Part shown: piece after piece, positions 40,470 to 54,205 of the stretch
How positions within the stretch are numbered: position 1 is the stretch's first letter
Layout of the letters: the number at the start of each line of letters is the position of its first letter
Assembly (NCBI RefSeq): GCF_006345805.1
Contig: NC_042998.1
Span: forward strand, 114,700,001 to 114,764,000
Length of the DNA stretch: 64,000 bases
Direction of reading: 5' to 3'
From: Octopus sinensis
Lineage: Eukaryota
The notes under the pieces: generated by a model
What the model was told of the DNA's origin: nothing
The model's input: the letters and a program-made list of their open reading frames with translations, nothing else
The model's database searches: none
Made by a program: the position numbers and the translations under genes

Positions 40470-42640
40470 CAGTAGTTTTATTTTTATAGCGTGCTTTCAC
40501 TTCACTACCGAGCGCAGCTCTGTGTGCCTTGGGTATGTGCTGTGATTTGTTGTGATGCTCTGATGGTTATTGTATGGAAAGTGTTCTGCGTAGGATGTGT
40601 GCAGTGCCTAGTAGTGCAATTTTCTGTATGTTATATGTGTTTGTAAGTCCTGGTGTTTTTGTTATGTATTTGTCTGAATATTTTTTATCATGCCTAATGC
40701 ACCTACTATGATAGGAATGTTTCTGTTTCAGGTTCCACATTCTAGTTACCTCTATTTCCAGGTCTTTGTATTTTGAGAGTTTCTCCATTTCTTTTAGAGA
40801 CACGTTGTCATCTGCCGGTATTGATACATCAATTAGAAAGCATTTTTTTTTCTTCATGATCTCTGATAACTATATCTGGTCTGTTGGCCTTAATTTCTCT
40901 ATCTGTGTGTATCGGCATATCCCAGAGTATGTTGCTTTTCGTTTTCTGTGACCTTTTCGGTGTGCCTATACCATCTTTTTTCTGTTGTTATTCCATAATG
41001 TTGGCATAGCTTCCAATGTATGTAGGTTCCAACTCTGTCATGTCTGTGAATATATTCCTTCTTAGCCAGGACTGGGCAACTAGAGATATATGATTTATTG
41101 TTTCTTGTCCATCTCCACATATTCTGCAGTTACTTGTAATATTTCTTATCATTACATTTTTGGTAATTCTGGTGGGGAGGCTTTGGTCTTGTGCTGCAAT
41201 AAAAAATCCCTCTTTTCTGCTTTGAGTCCTGAGCTTCTCAACTATGCTGGGATTTTTTTTTGTCTATTTCTTTTGCGTTTAGTTTAGTGCAGTTTACCAT
41301 GAAGGGGCTTTTCTTGCCATCGTTTTATCATGGCTCGTTGCTGTTCTATTTTTAGTTTGGATTTCATTTGTTTTATAGCTTTGTTGTTTCTTCATCATTT
41401 CTTCTTTTCTTTGTGTTTATTAGGTGGTATGATTTCTTGTTTGTATTTGTCAGCTTCCTTAAATACTGAGAACAGTTTTTTGTTTTGCTCGTGTTTTGCT
41501 GCTATCTGGATCAGTTTTCCTTCTTCTGAAGTAGGTATTTTTGCAGTCCTATGGTGGTTATTTATAGTAGTTTTCCAGCTGTATAAGGCCTCTACCACCT
41601 TCTATACGTTGTATATATAGTCTTTCTATGTCAGATTTTGGGTGATGCATCCTAGATCCTGTCAGTATTTTCTTGTTTTCCTATCTATTTTGGACAGTTC
41701 ATTCGTGTCCAGTTAAGGATATTGTAGCTGTAACTTATAACTGGGACAGCTAAAGTGTGATACCATTATCTTGTTTTTAGCATTGAGCTCTGTTTTTAGT
41801 ATTGATCTAACTCGTCATATAATATTCTTTTTATTTTCTCTTTCATTTGTGTGTGTTGTGTCTTATCTAGTTCATGGATTCCTAAGTATTTGTAAGTTTG
41901 GCTTTGGTCTAATTCTTTTATTCATTGGTTTATCTAGTGTGATGTTGTTACTCTTAACTAGTTTTCCTCTTTTCAGGGTTACTTTGGCGCATTTTTCTAA
42001 TCCAAATTCATATCTATTCTTTGGTAAATCCATGAACTGTCTTTAATAGTGTTCCAGCTGTTTGTCATTTGCAGCGTATAGTTTAGGTCATCCATAAATA
42101 AAAGGTGGCTGATCGTTTTGCCGTAACATTTATATCCGCATCAGTTCTATTTAGCATATCAGATAGAGGTGACAGTGCCAAGCAGAAAAGGAGTGGAGAG
42201 AGCGTGTCTCCCTGGAATATTCCTCTTCTAATGGGGATGTCTTTGGTTTTCATGAGTCCCTCTTTTGTTTGGAGGTGTAGGACTGTTTGCCATTTATTCA
42301 TAGAGTGCTCTATGAATTTTATGATTGTTGGTGCTACTTTGTTAATGGCTAGTGTTTCGGGGATCCATGTGTGGGGGATGCTATGAAACGCCTTTTTGTA
42401 GTCAATCCAGGCATACTGAGGCCTTTCTTCTTTCTGTGGCTGTCTTCAGTTACGGCTTTATTAATCATTAGTGATCTTTACAGCCATATGAGCCTTGCGG
42501 CATCCTTTCTGCTCTTCTGGGAACAGTTTGTTTTCGTCCAGGTGCTTGTTCAGCCTTTGCGATATCACTGCAGTAAATGCCTTGAACATAGTAGGGAGGC
42601 AGGTTATTGGTCTGTAGTTTCTGGTTTTGTTGTTTCATTG
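40470..42640 (-). mobile_element. R4/Dong-like LINE, 5'-truncated: RT + CCHC knuckle + REL endonuclease + 3' UTR (unit 1)
   Basis: NYRPITCLPTMFK, EEQKGCR, WIDYKKAF, RRGIFQGDTLSPLLFCLAL, HLLFMDD, GLEKCAKV, WQEKPLHG, SSCPVLAKKEYIHRHD, RPD, CFLIDVSIP, KYKDLEIE, LGTAHILRRTLSIQ* (stop at 40567); frameshifted in this assembly. Confidence 0.92.
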
Positions 42641-42658
42641 ATTATTATTATTATTATG

Positions 42659-42691
<33 letters not shown>

Positions 42692-42712
42692 TATTATTAT
42701 TATTTATTATTA

Positions 42713-43040
42713 CTCTTTTACTTGTTTCAGTCATTTGAATGCGGCCATACTGGAGCACCGCCTTTAGTCGAGCAAATCGTATTTATTCTATAGGTTCTTT
42801 TGCTGAACTACTAAGTTACGGTGACGTAAAAACAGCATCGGTTGTCAAGCGATGCTGGGGGGAGACAAACAGACACATATACACCATATATAATATACAT
42901 ATATACGACGGGCTTCTTTCAGTTTCCGTCTACCAAATCCACTCACAAAGCTTTGGGCGGTCCGAGGCTATAGAAGAGACACTTGCCCAAGATGTCACGC
43001 AGTGGGACTGAACCCGGAGCCATGTGGTTGGTAAGCAAGA
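42713..43040 (-). mobile_element. SINE-C, copy in unit 2
   Basis: Near-identical to 40008-40340. Confidence 0.9.
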
Positions 43041-43169
43041 TACTACTACTACTACTACTACTACTACTAAAACTGCTTGTTGTTGCTATTATTATTATTA
43101 TTACTATTATTATTATGTTGTTATTATTGTTATTATTATTATTATTACTACCATTATTATTATTATTAT

Positions 43170-45354
43170 TCAGTAGTTTTATTTTTATAGCGTGCTTTCA
43201 CTTCACTACCGAGCGCAGCTCTGTGTGCCTTGGGTATGTGTGCTGTGATTTGTTGTGATGCTCTGATGGTTATTGTATGGAAAGTGTTCTGCGTAGGATG
43301 TGTGCAGTGCCTAGTAGTGCAAATTTCTGTATGTTATATGTTTGTAAGTCCTGGTGTTTTTGTTATGTATTTGTCTGAATATTTTTTATCATGCCTAATG
43401 CACCTACTATGATAGGAATTGTTTCTGTTTCAGGTTCCACATTCTAGTTACCTCTATTTCCAGGTCTTTGTATTTTGAGAGTTTCTCCATTTCTTTTAGA
43501 GACACGTTGTCATCTGCCGGTATTGATACATCAATTAGAAAGCATTTTTTTTTCTTCATGATCTCTGAAACTATATCTGGTCTGTTGGCCTTAATTTCTC
43601 TATCTGTGTGTATTCGGCATATCCCAGAGTATGGTTGCTTTCTCGTTTTCTGTGACCTTTTCTGGTGTGTGCCTATACCATCTTTTTTCTGTTGTTATTC
43701 CATAATGTTGGCATAGCTTCCAATGTATGTAGGTTCCAACTCTGTCATGTCTGTGAATATATTCCTTCTTAGCCAGGACTGGGCAACTAGAGATAATATG
43801 ATTTATTGTTTCTTGTCCATCTCCACATATATTCTGCAGTTACTTGTAATATTTTATCATTACGTTTTGGTAATTTCTGGGGGGAGGCTTTGGTCTTGTG
43901 CTGCAATTAAAAATCCCTCTGTTTCTGCTTTGAGTCCTGAGCTTCTCAACTATTGCTGGGATTTTTCTTTGTCTATTTCTTTTGCGTTTAGTTTAGTGCA
44001 GTATTTACCATGAAGGGGCTTTTCTTGCCATCGTTTTATCATGGCTCGTTGCTGTTCTATTTTTAGTTGGATTTCATTGTTTTATAGCTTTTGTTGTTTC
44101 TTCATCATCTTCTTCTTCTTCTTTGTGTTTATTAGGTGGTATGATTTCTTGTTTGTATTTGTCAGCTTCCTTAATACTGAGAACAGTTTTTTGTTTTGCT
44201 CGTGTTTTGCTGCTATCTGGATCAGTTTTCCTTCCTTCTGAAGTAGGTATTTTTGCAGTCCTATGGTGGTTATTTATAGTAGTTTTCCAGCTGTATAAGG
44301 CCTCTACCACCTTCTATACGTTGTATATATAGTCTTTCTATGTCAGATTTTGGGTGATGCATCCTAGATCCTGTCAGTATTTTCTTGTTTTCCTATCTAT
44401 TTTGGACAGTTCATTCGTGTCCAGTTAAGGATATTGTAGCTGTAACTTATAACTGGGACAGCTAAAGTGTTGATACCTATTATGTTGTTGTTTTTAGCAT
44501 TGAGCTCTGTTTTTAGTATTGATCTAACGTCTTATATATCTTTTTTTATTTTCTCTTTCATGTGTGTGTGTGTGTCTTATCTAGTTCATGGATTCCTAAG
44601 TATTTGTAAGTTTGGCTTTGGTCTAATTCTTTTATTCATTGGTTTTATCTAGTGTGATGTTGTTACTCTTAACTAGTTTTCCCTTTTCAGGGTTACTTTG
44701 GCGCATTTTTCTAATCCAATTTCATATCTATTTCTTTGGTAAATCCATGAACTGTCTTTAATAGTGTTTCCAGCTGTTGTCATTTGCAGCGTATAGTTTA
44801 GGTCATCCATAAATAAAAGGTGGCTGATCGTTTTGGCCGTAACATTTATATCCGCATCCAGTTCTATTAGCATATCAGATAGAGGTGACAGTGCCAAGCA
44901 GAAGGAGTGGAGAGAGCGTGTCTCCCTGGAATATTCCTCTTCTAATGGGGATTGTCTTTGGTTTTCATGAGTCCCTCTTTTGTTTGGAGGTGTAGGACTG
45001 TTGCCATTAGTCATAGAGTGCTCTATGAATTTTATGATTGTGGGTGCTACTTTGTTAATGGCTAGTGTTTCGGGGATCCATGTGTGGGGGATGGCTATTG
45101 AACGCCTTTTTGTAGTCAATCCAGCCATATGAGGCCTTTCTTCTTTCTGTGGCTGTCTTCAGTTACGGCTTTATTAATCATTAGTTGATCTTTACAGCCA
45201 TATGAGCCCTTGCGGCATCCTTTCTGCTCTTCTGGGAACAGTTTGTTTTCGTCCAGGTGCTTGTTCAGCCTTTGCGATATCACTGCAGTAAATGCCTTGA
45301 ACATAGTAGGGAGGCAGGTTATTGGTCTGTAGTTTTTGGTTTTGTTGTTCATTG
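43170..45354 (-). mobile_element. R4/Dong-like LINE, 5'-truncated (unit 2)
   Basis: Same motifs as 40470-42640, e.g. NYRPITCLPTMFKAF...EEQKGCRKGSYGCKDQLMINK; different frameshift positions. Confidence 0.92.
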
Positions 45355-45406
45355 ATATTATTATTATTATTATGATTATATTATTATATTATTATATTAT
45401 TATTAT

Positions 45407-45450
<44 letters not shown>
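45355..45450. repeat. (ATT)n/(AGT)n microsatellite
   Basis: Seen directly. Confidence 0.95.
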
Positions 45451-45665
45451 TTGGCAGAATCATTAAGCACGCCGGGCGAAATGTTTAGCGGTAGTTCGCC
45501 TGTCTTCAGGTTCTGAGTTCAAATGCAGCCGGGGTCGACTTTGCCTTTCATCCTTTTCGGAGTCGATAAAATGAGTACCATTTGAGTACTGGCGTCGATG
45601 TAATCGACTATACCCCTCTCCCAAATTTCAGGTCTTGTGCCTATAGTAGAAAGGATTATTATTAT
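45451..45665 (+). mobile_element. SINE-A
   Basis: ggcagaatcattaagcacgccgggcgaaatg...gggtcgactttgcctttcatcc...gtgcctatagtagaaaggattatt. Confidence 0.88.
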
Positions 45666-45704
45666 TAGTCTTTTTTTTGTTTAACCCAGATTTAGAATTT
45701 CGTT

Positions 45705-45791
45705 ACTACTACTACTACAACTACTACTACTACTACCACCACCACCACCAACACAACGCCTTCTACCACAACCACCAGTCTAATAAAACGG

Positions 45792-45840
<49 letters not shown>

Positions 45841-45980
45841 ACCACCGCCACCACCATAACGCCTTCTACCACAACCATCAGCCTAACAAAATCACTACGA
45901 CTACTACCACCACCACCACAAAGCCTCCTTCTAACACAAACACCAGCCTAACAAAACACCACGACTACCACCACCACCAT

Positions 45981-46036
<56 letters not shown>

Positions 46037-46270
46037 TCACAACTATCACTGCTGTTGCTGATACTACTGCCACTTCGTCTTTTCTTTTCCGTCTTCTTCA
46101 CCATTCAGTTACGTTCATCAAACGATACCCATTGGTATCATCAACATGCACGTCATGTTGATTATCTTCAGTTTATCGTAGCCAAGTATGATGATGGTGA
46201 TGATGATAATGATGATGATGATGATCATCATCATCATCATCATCGCCATCGTCATCACCATCATCATTTC
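45705..46270. repeat. (TAC)n/(CAC)n/(GAT)n/(CAT)n microsatellites
   Basis: Seen directly. Confidence 0.9.
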
Positions 46271-46979
46271 CCTACGATCAACAAACACACTTTTCCATCA
46301 TTTACAAAAAACTGTGCTCAAGATCATCATAATCATCTGCATGAAGTGTTCGGCGCCGTTCTCATCGCCATCATCACTATTGTGATGATTGTCGTCACAG
46401 TCGTCGTGTTACTGATGTCTTCAGGAAGTCACTTAAATTTACCAATCTATATAAAGTTGATTCGAGAAATCCTTTACGTTTTAACGTTTCCGTTGTTTTC
46501 AATAATCTAATTTTCACCGCCATCGCAGGAAAATGTGTGCAGATATATGTACATACATACATTTATCAATATAAATATAATGTTTATACACACACACACA
46601 CACACACATACACACACACAGACACACACACACACACATGTATGCATAGAGACACACGATATGTATATGCGTGTATATGCGTATATGCATATATGTATAT
46701 GCATGAAAAAAATATAGCTTGACATGCGTACATAAACATCATACGCGCACAAACAAAAATATATGTAAGGAATATTTAGGGTTAAGCTTATCAGTGTTGT
46801 GTAGAGAATGTTTTGTTTCTTCTTCCCCACAAATCCGGAAGCAGTTGTTCAAAATGGAGGCCTCTACTTCCTGTATGCTTGGAATCTCGTCACCATTTGG
46901 AAAATTTTTATTGATTACATATTTTCGAATTGTTTAGGATGTTGAAAAATATTTTTTATAATATAATAAAAAGATACTT

Positions 46980-47160
46980 CTTCTTTTCTTCTTCTTCTTC
47001 TTCTTCTTCTTCTTTTCTTCTTCTTCTTATTTATTATCTTATTATATTCTATTATTATTATTATTATTATTATAGTATTATTATTATTATTATTATTAAT
47101 ATTATTATATATTATTATTATTATATATTATTATTATTATTTATTATTATATTATTACTA
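46980..47160. repeat. (TTC)n/(TTA)n microsatellite
   Basis: Seen directly. Confidence 0.9.
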
Positions 47161-47162
47161 TT

Positions 47163-47372
47163 GCGGTGAGCTGGCAGAACAGTTAACACGCCGGGAGTTT
47201 TCAGGTGTGTGTTGTTAAATGTTTTCAAGTTCCGAGATCAAATTCAGCCAAGGTCAACTTTGCCTCTCATCCTTTCGGGTTCGATAAAATAAGTACCAGT
47301 TGAGTACCAGCGTCGATACAATCGACTTACTTCCTCCCGAAATTGCTGGCCTTGTGCCAAAATTTGAAATCA
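47163..47372 (+). mobile_element. SINE-A
   Basis: gcggtgagctggcagaacagttaacacgccggg...ggccttgtgccaaaatttgaaatc, then (CAT)/(ATT)n. Confidence 0.85.
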
Positions 47373-48985
47373 TCATCATTATTATTATCATCATTATTAT
47401 TATTATTATTATTATATTATTATTATTATATTATTATTATTATTATTATTATTATCATTATTATTATTATCGCGTTGCTGTACACTACATCGTGAACATG
47501 ATCCTTTCACAATTTCATTTTCCTTCACTTTGGTCTTTCAGCCTTTCTCTTTCTCCGCCTCTACAATATTTCTATCATCGTTGGCGTTGTTGCTATTTCA
47601 CTTTACTTAACGCCTCTTTCCATGCTTCCATAGAAAAAAAAAGCACGAAGTTCACAACAATGGGTGATTAAGCCCTTATTCATTTCAGCGAAAAAGTGAT
47701 TCAAGTTGTTTCTTTTTAATTTTAATATTTTATGTATCTCTCCTTTATTTTCGATCAAAACATTTCAGTAACTTGGTTCAAGCGGAGTGAAACCAAATAT
47801 TGAACCTCGCTACTGCTGCAACGGAGATCACCTCTACTCCACTGCCTAATCATCCATTGAACTGAATCAAAACAATCAACTTCTCCATGTGGACAACAAT
47901 TGATATAAGCTATAATGATAAAGTTTTGGGGTTTCCTGGCTCAAAGTTCCCGATTTTCAAATCAAGTTACATTTAAATTTCGATGTAGATTTTGCTTTAC
48001 TTTATCCTGCTATCATGCAGGGAGTATGAATCAGTTCCAGGAATGTTATTAGCGATTTTTTTTACTATTATTATTATTCTATTGAGAGGCAAATCTATCC
48101 CTCACATACATTTAGTTCAGAGACAAACCTGCTTTTATAAGAACATTTTAAACTCATCACATTTAAAATGTCTTCCGCCTGTATCTATAATGTCTGCGTA
48201 GTTCTTCCTATTATATCATTTTATGCTTTCCCACCTTTTTTTTGTTTTTCTTTTCCTCTGTTACATATCGGTGTATCGCAATGTTTCTGTTAAATGTTAG
48301 GAAAATATTCAACATCTCTGGAAATAATAGCTTTGTAATAATTTGTTTGGTTGACATGGAAGAAACGAAGAAATTGATTCAGTGCAAAACGACGGAATAT
48401 TTCTTTTATTTCTTTTTTATTGTCATATTTTCATTTCGTTTTATTTCACTTTCAAAGCATTATTCAGACAAAATTAGCAGGAATCTAGCGAGAAATTTCA
48501 GTTGATTTCCTTTTTAACAAACATCTTATTCTACTCAATGTGTCGCTTTTCAAACTGTCTTTAAGTCAACGTCGCTGCCAGTTCTAAACATATATTCCTG
48601 TCATTCTTTCTCTTACTCTCTTATCGATTATTGAGATGCTGTCTTTTTACGTAAATAAACCATCGTATACACACACATCTCAACGCACGACATTCACACA
48701 TAATCACATATTTCACCACTTCTACCTTTCCTTTGAAACATTTACCAACACACATCATGCCTCCCTCTCTCCCTCTTTACATGTGTGTGAATGACGGACA
48801 GACAGACCGACAAATAGACAGAGAGGTTCGCTTTGTTTGGCTGTCGGGCTATCTGGCTGCCTGCCCGCCTGCTTATTTGTTTTTATGTATTTCCTTGTTT
48901 AGCCATGTAGCTACTACTACTACTACTGCTACTACAACTACTACTACTACTACTACTACTAACTACTACTACTACTACTCTCTCT

Positions 48986-49040
<55 letters not shown>

Positions 49041-49061
49041 CTCACCTATCTATTATTTGTC

Positions 49062-49161
49062 NNNNNNNNNNNNNNNNNNNNNNNNNNNNNNNNNNNNNNN
49101 NNNNNNNNNNNNNNNNNNNNNNNNNNNNNNNNNNNNNNNNNNNNNNNNNNNNNNNNNNNNN
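49062..49161. other. Assembly gap (100 N)
   Basis: 100 consecutive n; a conventional placeholder for a gap of unknown size. Confidence 0.98.
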
Positions 49162-49405
49162 TGTATGCATAAATTTACAAAATATTCATTAATTAAAACT
49201 GATGTGTGTACATGGGTAGTTATATAGCTATATTGATATTTGTTTCTAGAGCAATGTCAACCATATATTTTGTAAAGAAGAAGGCACCGGTTACAGTAAT
49301 AAGTTACATAATGTATATAAAAGATTAAAACCTTTGTCAAAAGCACGAAAGAGGAACCTATATTTTGTGACATCTCATGAAGGAAATGTGAATTATTATG
49401 CAAAT

Positions 49406-49585
49406 AATGGCTTCAAATTTTGGTACAAGGTCAGAAATTTCGAGGGTGGGTAAGTTGATTACATTGACCCTAGTGTTGAACTAGAACTTTCTTTATCGAA
49501 CAAGAAGTGATGAAAAGCAAAGTCAACCTCGGCCGAATTTGAACTGAGAACGTAAAGATGGACGAGATGCCGCTAAGCATTTATT
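49406..49585 (-). mobile_element. SINE-A, diverged
   Basis: ttcaaattttggtacaagg...gcaaagtcaacctcggccgaatttgaactgagaacgtaaagatggacg. Confidence 0.8.
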
Positions 49586-50189
49586 CATGAAAAGCAAAGT
49601 CATATAATTCGGTTTCAATAAATGAGTAGCTTGCTAGAGAAATTAAATCTTCGCAAAAATTAGACTCTAGGAAGCGTATTTATTTTGCTAAGATCTGTGA
49701 CTTAGAACGGCACCCACTACATAATTTCACTTTCAAACTGTCATTTAACTTCATCAACATATGTAATACATTTTGCAAAAGTAATAACTTTACACACGCC
49801 ATTGAAAATGTAAGATCTCCCACAAAGAAAAAAAAAAGAGAAAAATAAATATATTTTACGTTAAGTCCAGAAACTTAAAGATCACAACATTTTTTATCCC
49901 AAGGAACTATTTTGATTTTCACGAATCTGTTTCAGTTCCAAATTTGCTACAGCTTCAATTCACAAAATTACAGCATTAACACTCTTTAGCATTACCGAAA
50001 TATTCAGACTTCTTTTACTTCACTAGCAATGTAACATTATGTTCCACAACTATTCAAGACTAAAATGTTGCATAAATTGAAATAGTTTTACCTCGTTTCT
50101 CTCTAGCACATTTCACATTTCCGATATTCTTTTTTTCATTTTGCAATATTCATAAATGCTTTCCTGTACACACGCAGTCTGTACCTACG

Positions 50190-50198
50190 AAAATATAT

Positions 50199-50269
<71 letters not shown>

Positions 50270-50837
50270 CATGCATACATACACACACGCGTGTGCACAG
50301 ACGTGACTTGTATATATATATATATATATGTTCATATATATTTATATATAATATTTATTTGCTTCAAATAAGTTTAAAGATTTGCAAATAACTCTCTTAT
50401 GATTTTGTATACGTTCGACATACATCAAACACATTCATACTTACACACATATATTACTACATATATGTTTATGTGCACGCGTGTGTGTAAGTATATATAT
50501 ATATATATATATATATACATACATATATACATATATACATATATACATACAAGTATATATATACACACATACGTTCATATATATATATATATATTATAAA
50601 TTATGTATAGGGATGTTTGTGTGTACGAGCTTTTATTTGCCATACCTATATATATTCCATACTACCGTTTATATGAACCTATATATTTATATAAACAGAA
50701 AAAAACACAAAATAGCTTATATGTTAACCATATTCACCCGACTTGTGTGTTCATTTTGTACGCCATTGCTTATATATTTCACCTATATCGCGATGTCAAA
50801 TACCAGCGCGTGTGCGTCTACATACACCACACACACA

Positions 50838-50882
<45 letters not shown>

Positions 50883-51284
50883 ACAAACACACACACACAC
50901 ACGCACACACACACACACCACGCGCAAACACACGCACGCACACTAGAACACTTGAATGATGTTTCCAATGTTTTTATCCACTTCAATATTTGTAGAGAAC
51001 ATTTTGCTTTATATTTCTCTCAAGTTATTTATTCAAGTATTCAAAACATTAAACTCACCGGTTAAAATATGTCTCAATATTGTATTTAAACATTTGTATT
51101 GCGGCTATGTTATAAAATTCTTTATGATCCGGAATGCAAAAATCACTAAGTACGATTTAATATTAATTTTTTCTCTCATTTTTTTTCGCTTTTTATGCAT
51201 TTATATATCAAATTTTATTTTACTTATACAGTTTGCCTTCCTAGTTATGTAATATCATCATCATCATCTGCCTCTTCGTCGTCG

Positions 51285-51318
<34 letters not shown>

Positions 51319-51698
51319 GAACAGAGCGATAATCAAAAAATTCGTATTCAACATAGTTTTCACACATGGTTTTCAACGATCAATCTATACAGTAAATAAC
51401 TCTTTATATAACATTTATGACCGGGGTAAAGCGCAAATAAAAATTATTTTCCATTTCCGTTCAACATTGTATGGGAAAATTTATTGATTACTAAGTGATT
51501 TTGCGATAACTGAGCAAACATAAATTATACAACAGACGTATATACATATACGCATATATAAATACACACATACATATATATGTATTTAGAGAGATAGATA
51601 GATAGATAGATACATACATACATACATACATACAGAAGAATAAACACATTTCCTTGTACATGTGTGTATGTATGCTTGGCTATTCATTGAATATTTAC

Positions 51699-51744
<46 letters not shown>

Positions 51745-51750
51745 TTATAT

Positions 51751-51795
<45 letters not shown>

Positions 51796-51830
51796 CATAT
51801 ATACATATATATATACACATATATACATAC

Positions 51831-51868
<38 letters not shown>

Positions 51869-51905
51869 TATATATACCACATACATACATACATATATGT
51901 TATAT
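50190..51905. repeat. (CA)n/(TA)n/(CAT)n microsatellite field
   Basis: Seen directly. Confidence 0.85.
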
Positions 51906-52539
51906 AATATGAAAGTGTCTTTATCATGTTCTCGGTATATATATTTTTTGTATTTGTTAATTTCGGTCGTTTTCCTTGTTTGTTTTTTTCGATCTTGTTT
52001 TATTTATTTTATTTTCTAAACTTGGAAATATAAACAGTTGGAAAGTCAAACTGTACTCAATGTAAGTCTTTTAGATTTTTCACTAAAACAAGTAAATAAA
52101 GAATAAACAAATCTTTAAAAAAAATATTTTTTATGAAAGTTATGACTTTCCTTTACACGGAAACTGAACAATAGTTAATATAAGCATTATATAGTGGGAT
52201 AGGTGTGTAAGAAAATCAAGCAGAGTAGGTGACGGTTGTGGCGGGTATAGAGGTGCTGGAGAGGCGGGTGGTGGTGATGGTAGTGGTTTGATGTAGAGCG
52301 AGGAAAAAAGTATATATATATATGTACATATACATATATATATTTATATGTATGTATGTATGTATCTATGTGTGTATTGCAAAATCGTTTTTTCGATTTC
52401 TTCAGGAATATAGGTGAGGGCGTGGAGTAAAGTGTGTGGGCGGAAGTTAATACTGAAATTAAAAATAAATATGTAAGCGAAGGAGATGGATGAGGTGGGG
52501 TGCAGATACTTGATAAATTGAAGAATATAGAGATGAAGA

Positions 52540-52762
52540 AAGTAATAGGAGTAGTAGTAGAAGTAGTACTAGTGACAGTAGAAGTAGTGGTGGTTGTGGC
52601 GATAGCAGCAGTAGTAGTAGTCGTGGTAGTAGTAGTGGCGGTAGTAGTAGTAGTAGTAGCAGTAGCAAAAGTAGCAGCAGAAGCAGTAGTAGTTGTAGTA
52701 GTAGGAGCAAAAGCAGTAGCAGTAGTAGCTGCAGTAGAAGTAGTAGTAGTAGTGGTGGTGGT

Positions 52763-52806
<44 letters not shown>

Positions 52807-52821
52807 TAGTAGTAGTAGAAG

Positions 52822-52852
<31 letters not shown>

Positions 52853-52900
52853 GATGATGATGATGATGAAGATGATGATGATGATGATGATGATGATGCA
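52540..52900. repeat. Compound trinucleotide tract (AGT)n-(AGC)n-(GAA)n-(GAT)n
   Basis: Seen directly. Confidence 0.92.
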
Positions 52901-53369
52901 GGGAAGGGAGGCGTATGCGGAGGTGATGGAAGAGAAGGAGAAAGAAGATTAATTGGAAGAAAGAAATTGAGCACTCTATAAGATTTAAAAGAGAAAGAAA
53001 AACAAAAAAAGCAGAAATAGATGTTCCAAGCATCCCCCTGCTGAAACGTAAGAACTGGTACCTACACCTGATCATTGGTAGATGACTAAGCCCGGGGCTA
53101 CACATGCATAAGCAAATATAAACAGTAACAGTACATAAATACCGATATTAATCTATACAAACTGCCAAGAAAGCATAGAAGTACAAAATACAAACAACAT
53201 TAGAACGTATAAAACATCAGGACCTACATGAATACTGTGTGTAGGCCATGAACTCTTGGGCCGATACATAAAGACGTAATCACAAATGCCAACTATAACA
53301 CCTGGATTAGTGCTTACTTGTCTCTGCTGCCGCCCTCCCCAACTCTGGGACTTGTATTCTAGCGTCCAG

Positions 53370-53660
53370 TACTTATTCTATGTCTCATTTGCCGAACTGC
53401 TAGAATACTTGAATGTAAACAAACCGAAAATAATAGTTAAACAGTGGTGGAAAAAAAACACAGGTCCAAAGACACACACGTGTACACATAAAGACTCACA
53501 CATGTATACGAAAGCCTTCTGCACAGTTTCACAATAAATAAATTCACTCACAAGCCTTTGGTCGACCCGGGGGATATAGAAGTAACTACTTGCCGCGTAG
53601 TAAGACCGAACTTGGAACTATCTTGCTAGAAGGCGAACTTCTTAACCACACAGCTATGTA
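53370..53660 (-). mobile_element. SINE-C, degraded
   Basis: agtacttattctat...tttgccgaactgctag, cactcacaagcctttggtcgacccggggg, cttcttaaccacacagc. Confidence 0.6.
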
Positions 53661-54205
53661 CAGATATACTTGCATCTATACATATAAATCAGTAGTAACT
53701 CGTAGCATCAGTATTAAAACAAACATAACCATTAACACTAAATCTCTGGTACTATCTTATTATCATCAGCAGAAATTTAAACATTAATACTAACACATAA
53801 ACATGATCACCAGCTGAATATTTTAACATGAAAACCACATATGAACACCAATATCAACTGAAACACCAGCATACACCTAAGCATCTGTTTCAACATATAG
53901 ACAACAGTAAAAACTTAAGCCATAACATCCAACTCAAACACTATGTCAACCTAAATACTAGTACCATGCATACATGTAATGCATTAACAAGAATACACAC
54001 ATAAACAAACAAATACTATAGCAACATAAAACACCAGTGCGTTACATAAATATATGTACGAACCGAAACTGTAACATGAATATAAATACCAGCAATAACA
54101 CGTAACATTATTAATATGCAGACACGAGTAATATGTGGACGATTCTTCAGATATTCTGGCCAGAAGCGTACACCTCATTTCTGCTGGAGGTATATAAAAG
54201 CTCTG

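Larger units (their letters stand above)
39958..45354. repeat. Tandem duplication, unit about 2.7 kb: (ATT)n + SINE-C + trinucleotide tract + REL-LINE fragment
   Basis: ctcttttacttg at 40008 and 42713; cattg at 42636 and 45350; near-identical copies differing mostly by 1-2 nt indels. Confidence 0.95.

Noticed and set aside
47770-47960. Acceptor-like tttcag followed by (V)TWFKRSETKY, reminiscent of an Ig-domain strand
   Set aside because: In-frame stop after 10 codons with no donor site before it.
52459-53105. Long ORFs of poly-L / poly-V / poly-Y-C-H
   Set aside because: Translations of compound trinucleotide microsatellites; the same applies to the many YI/CV/HT-repeat ORFs elsewhere in the track.
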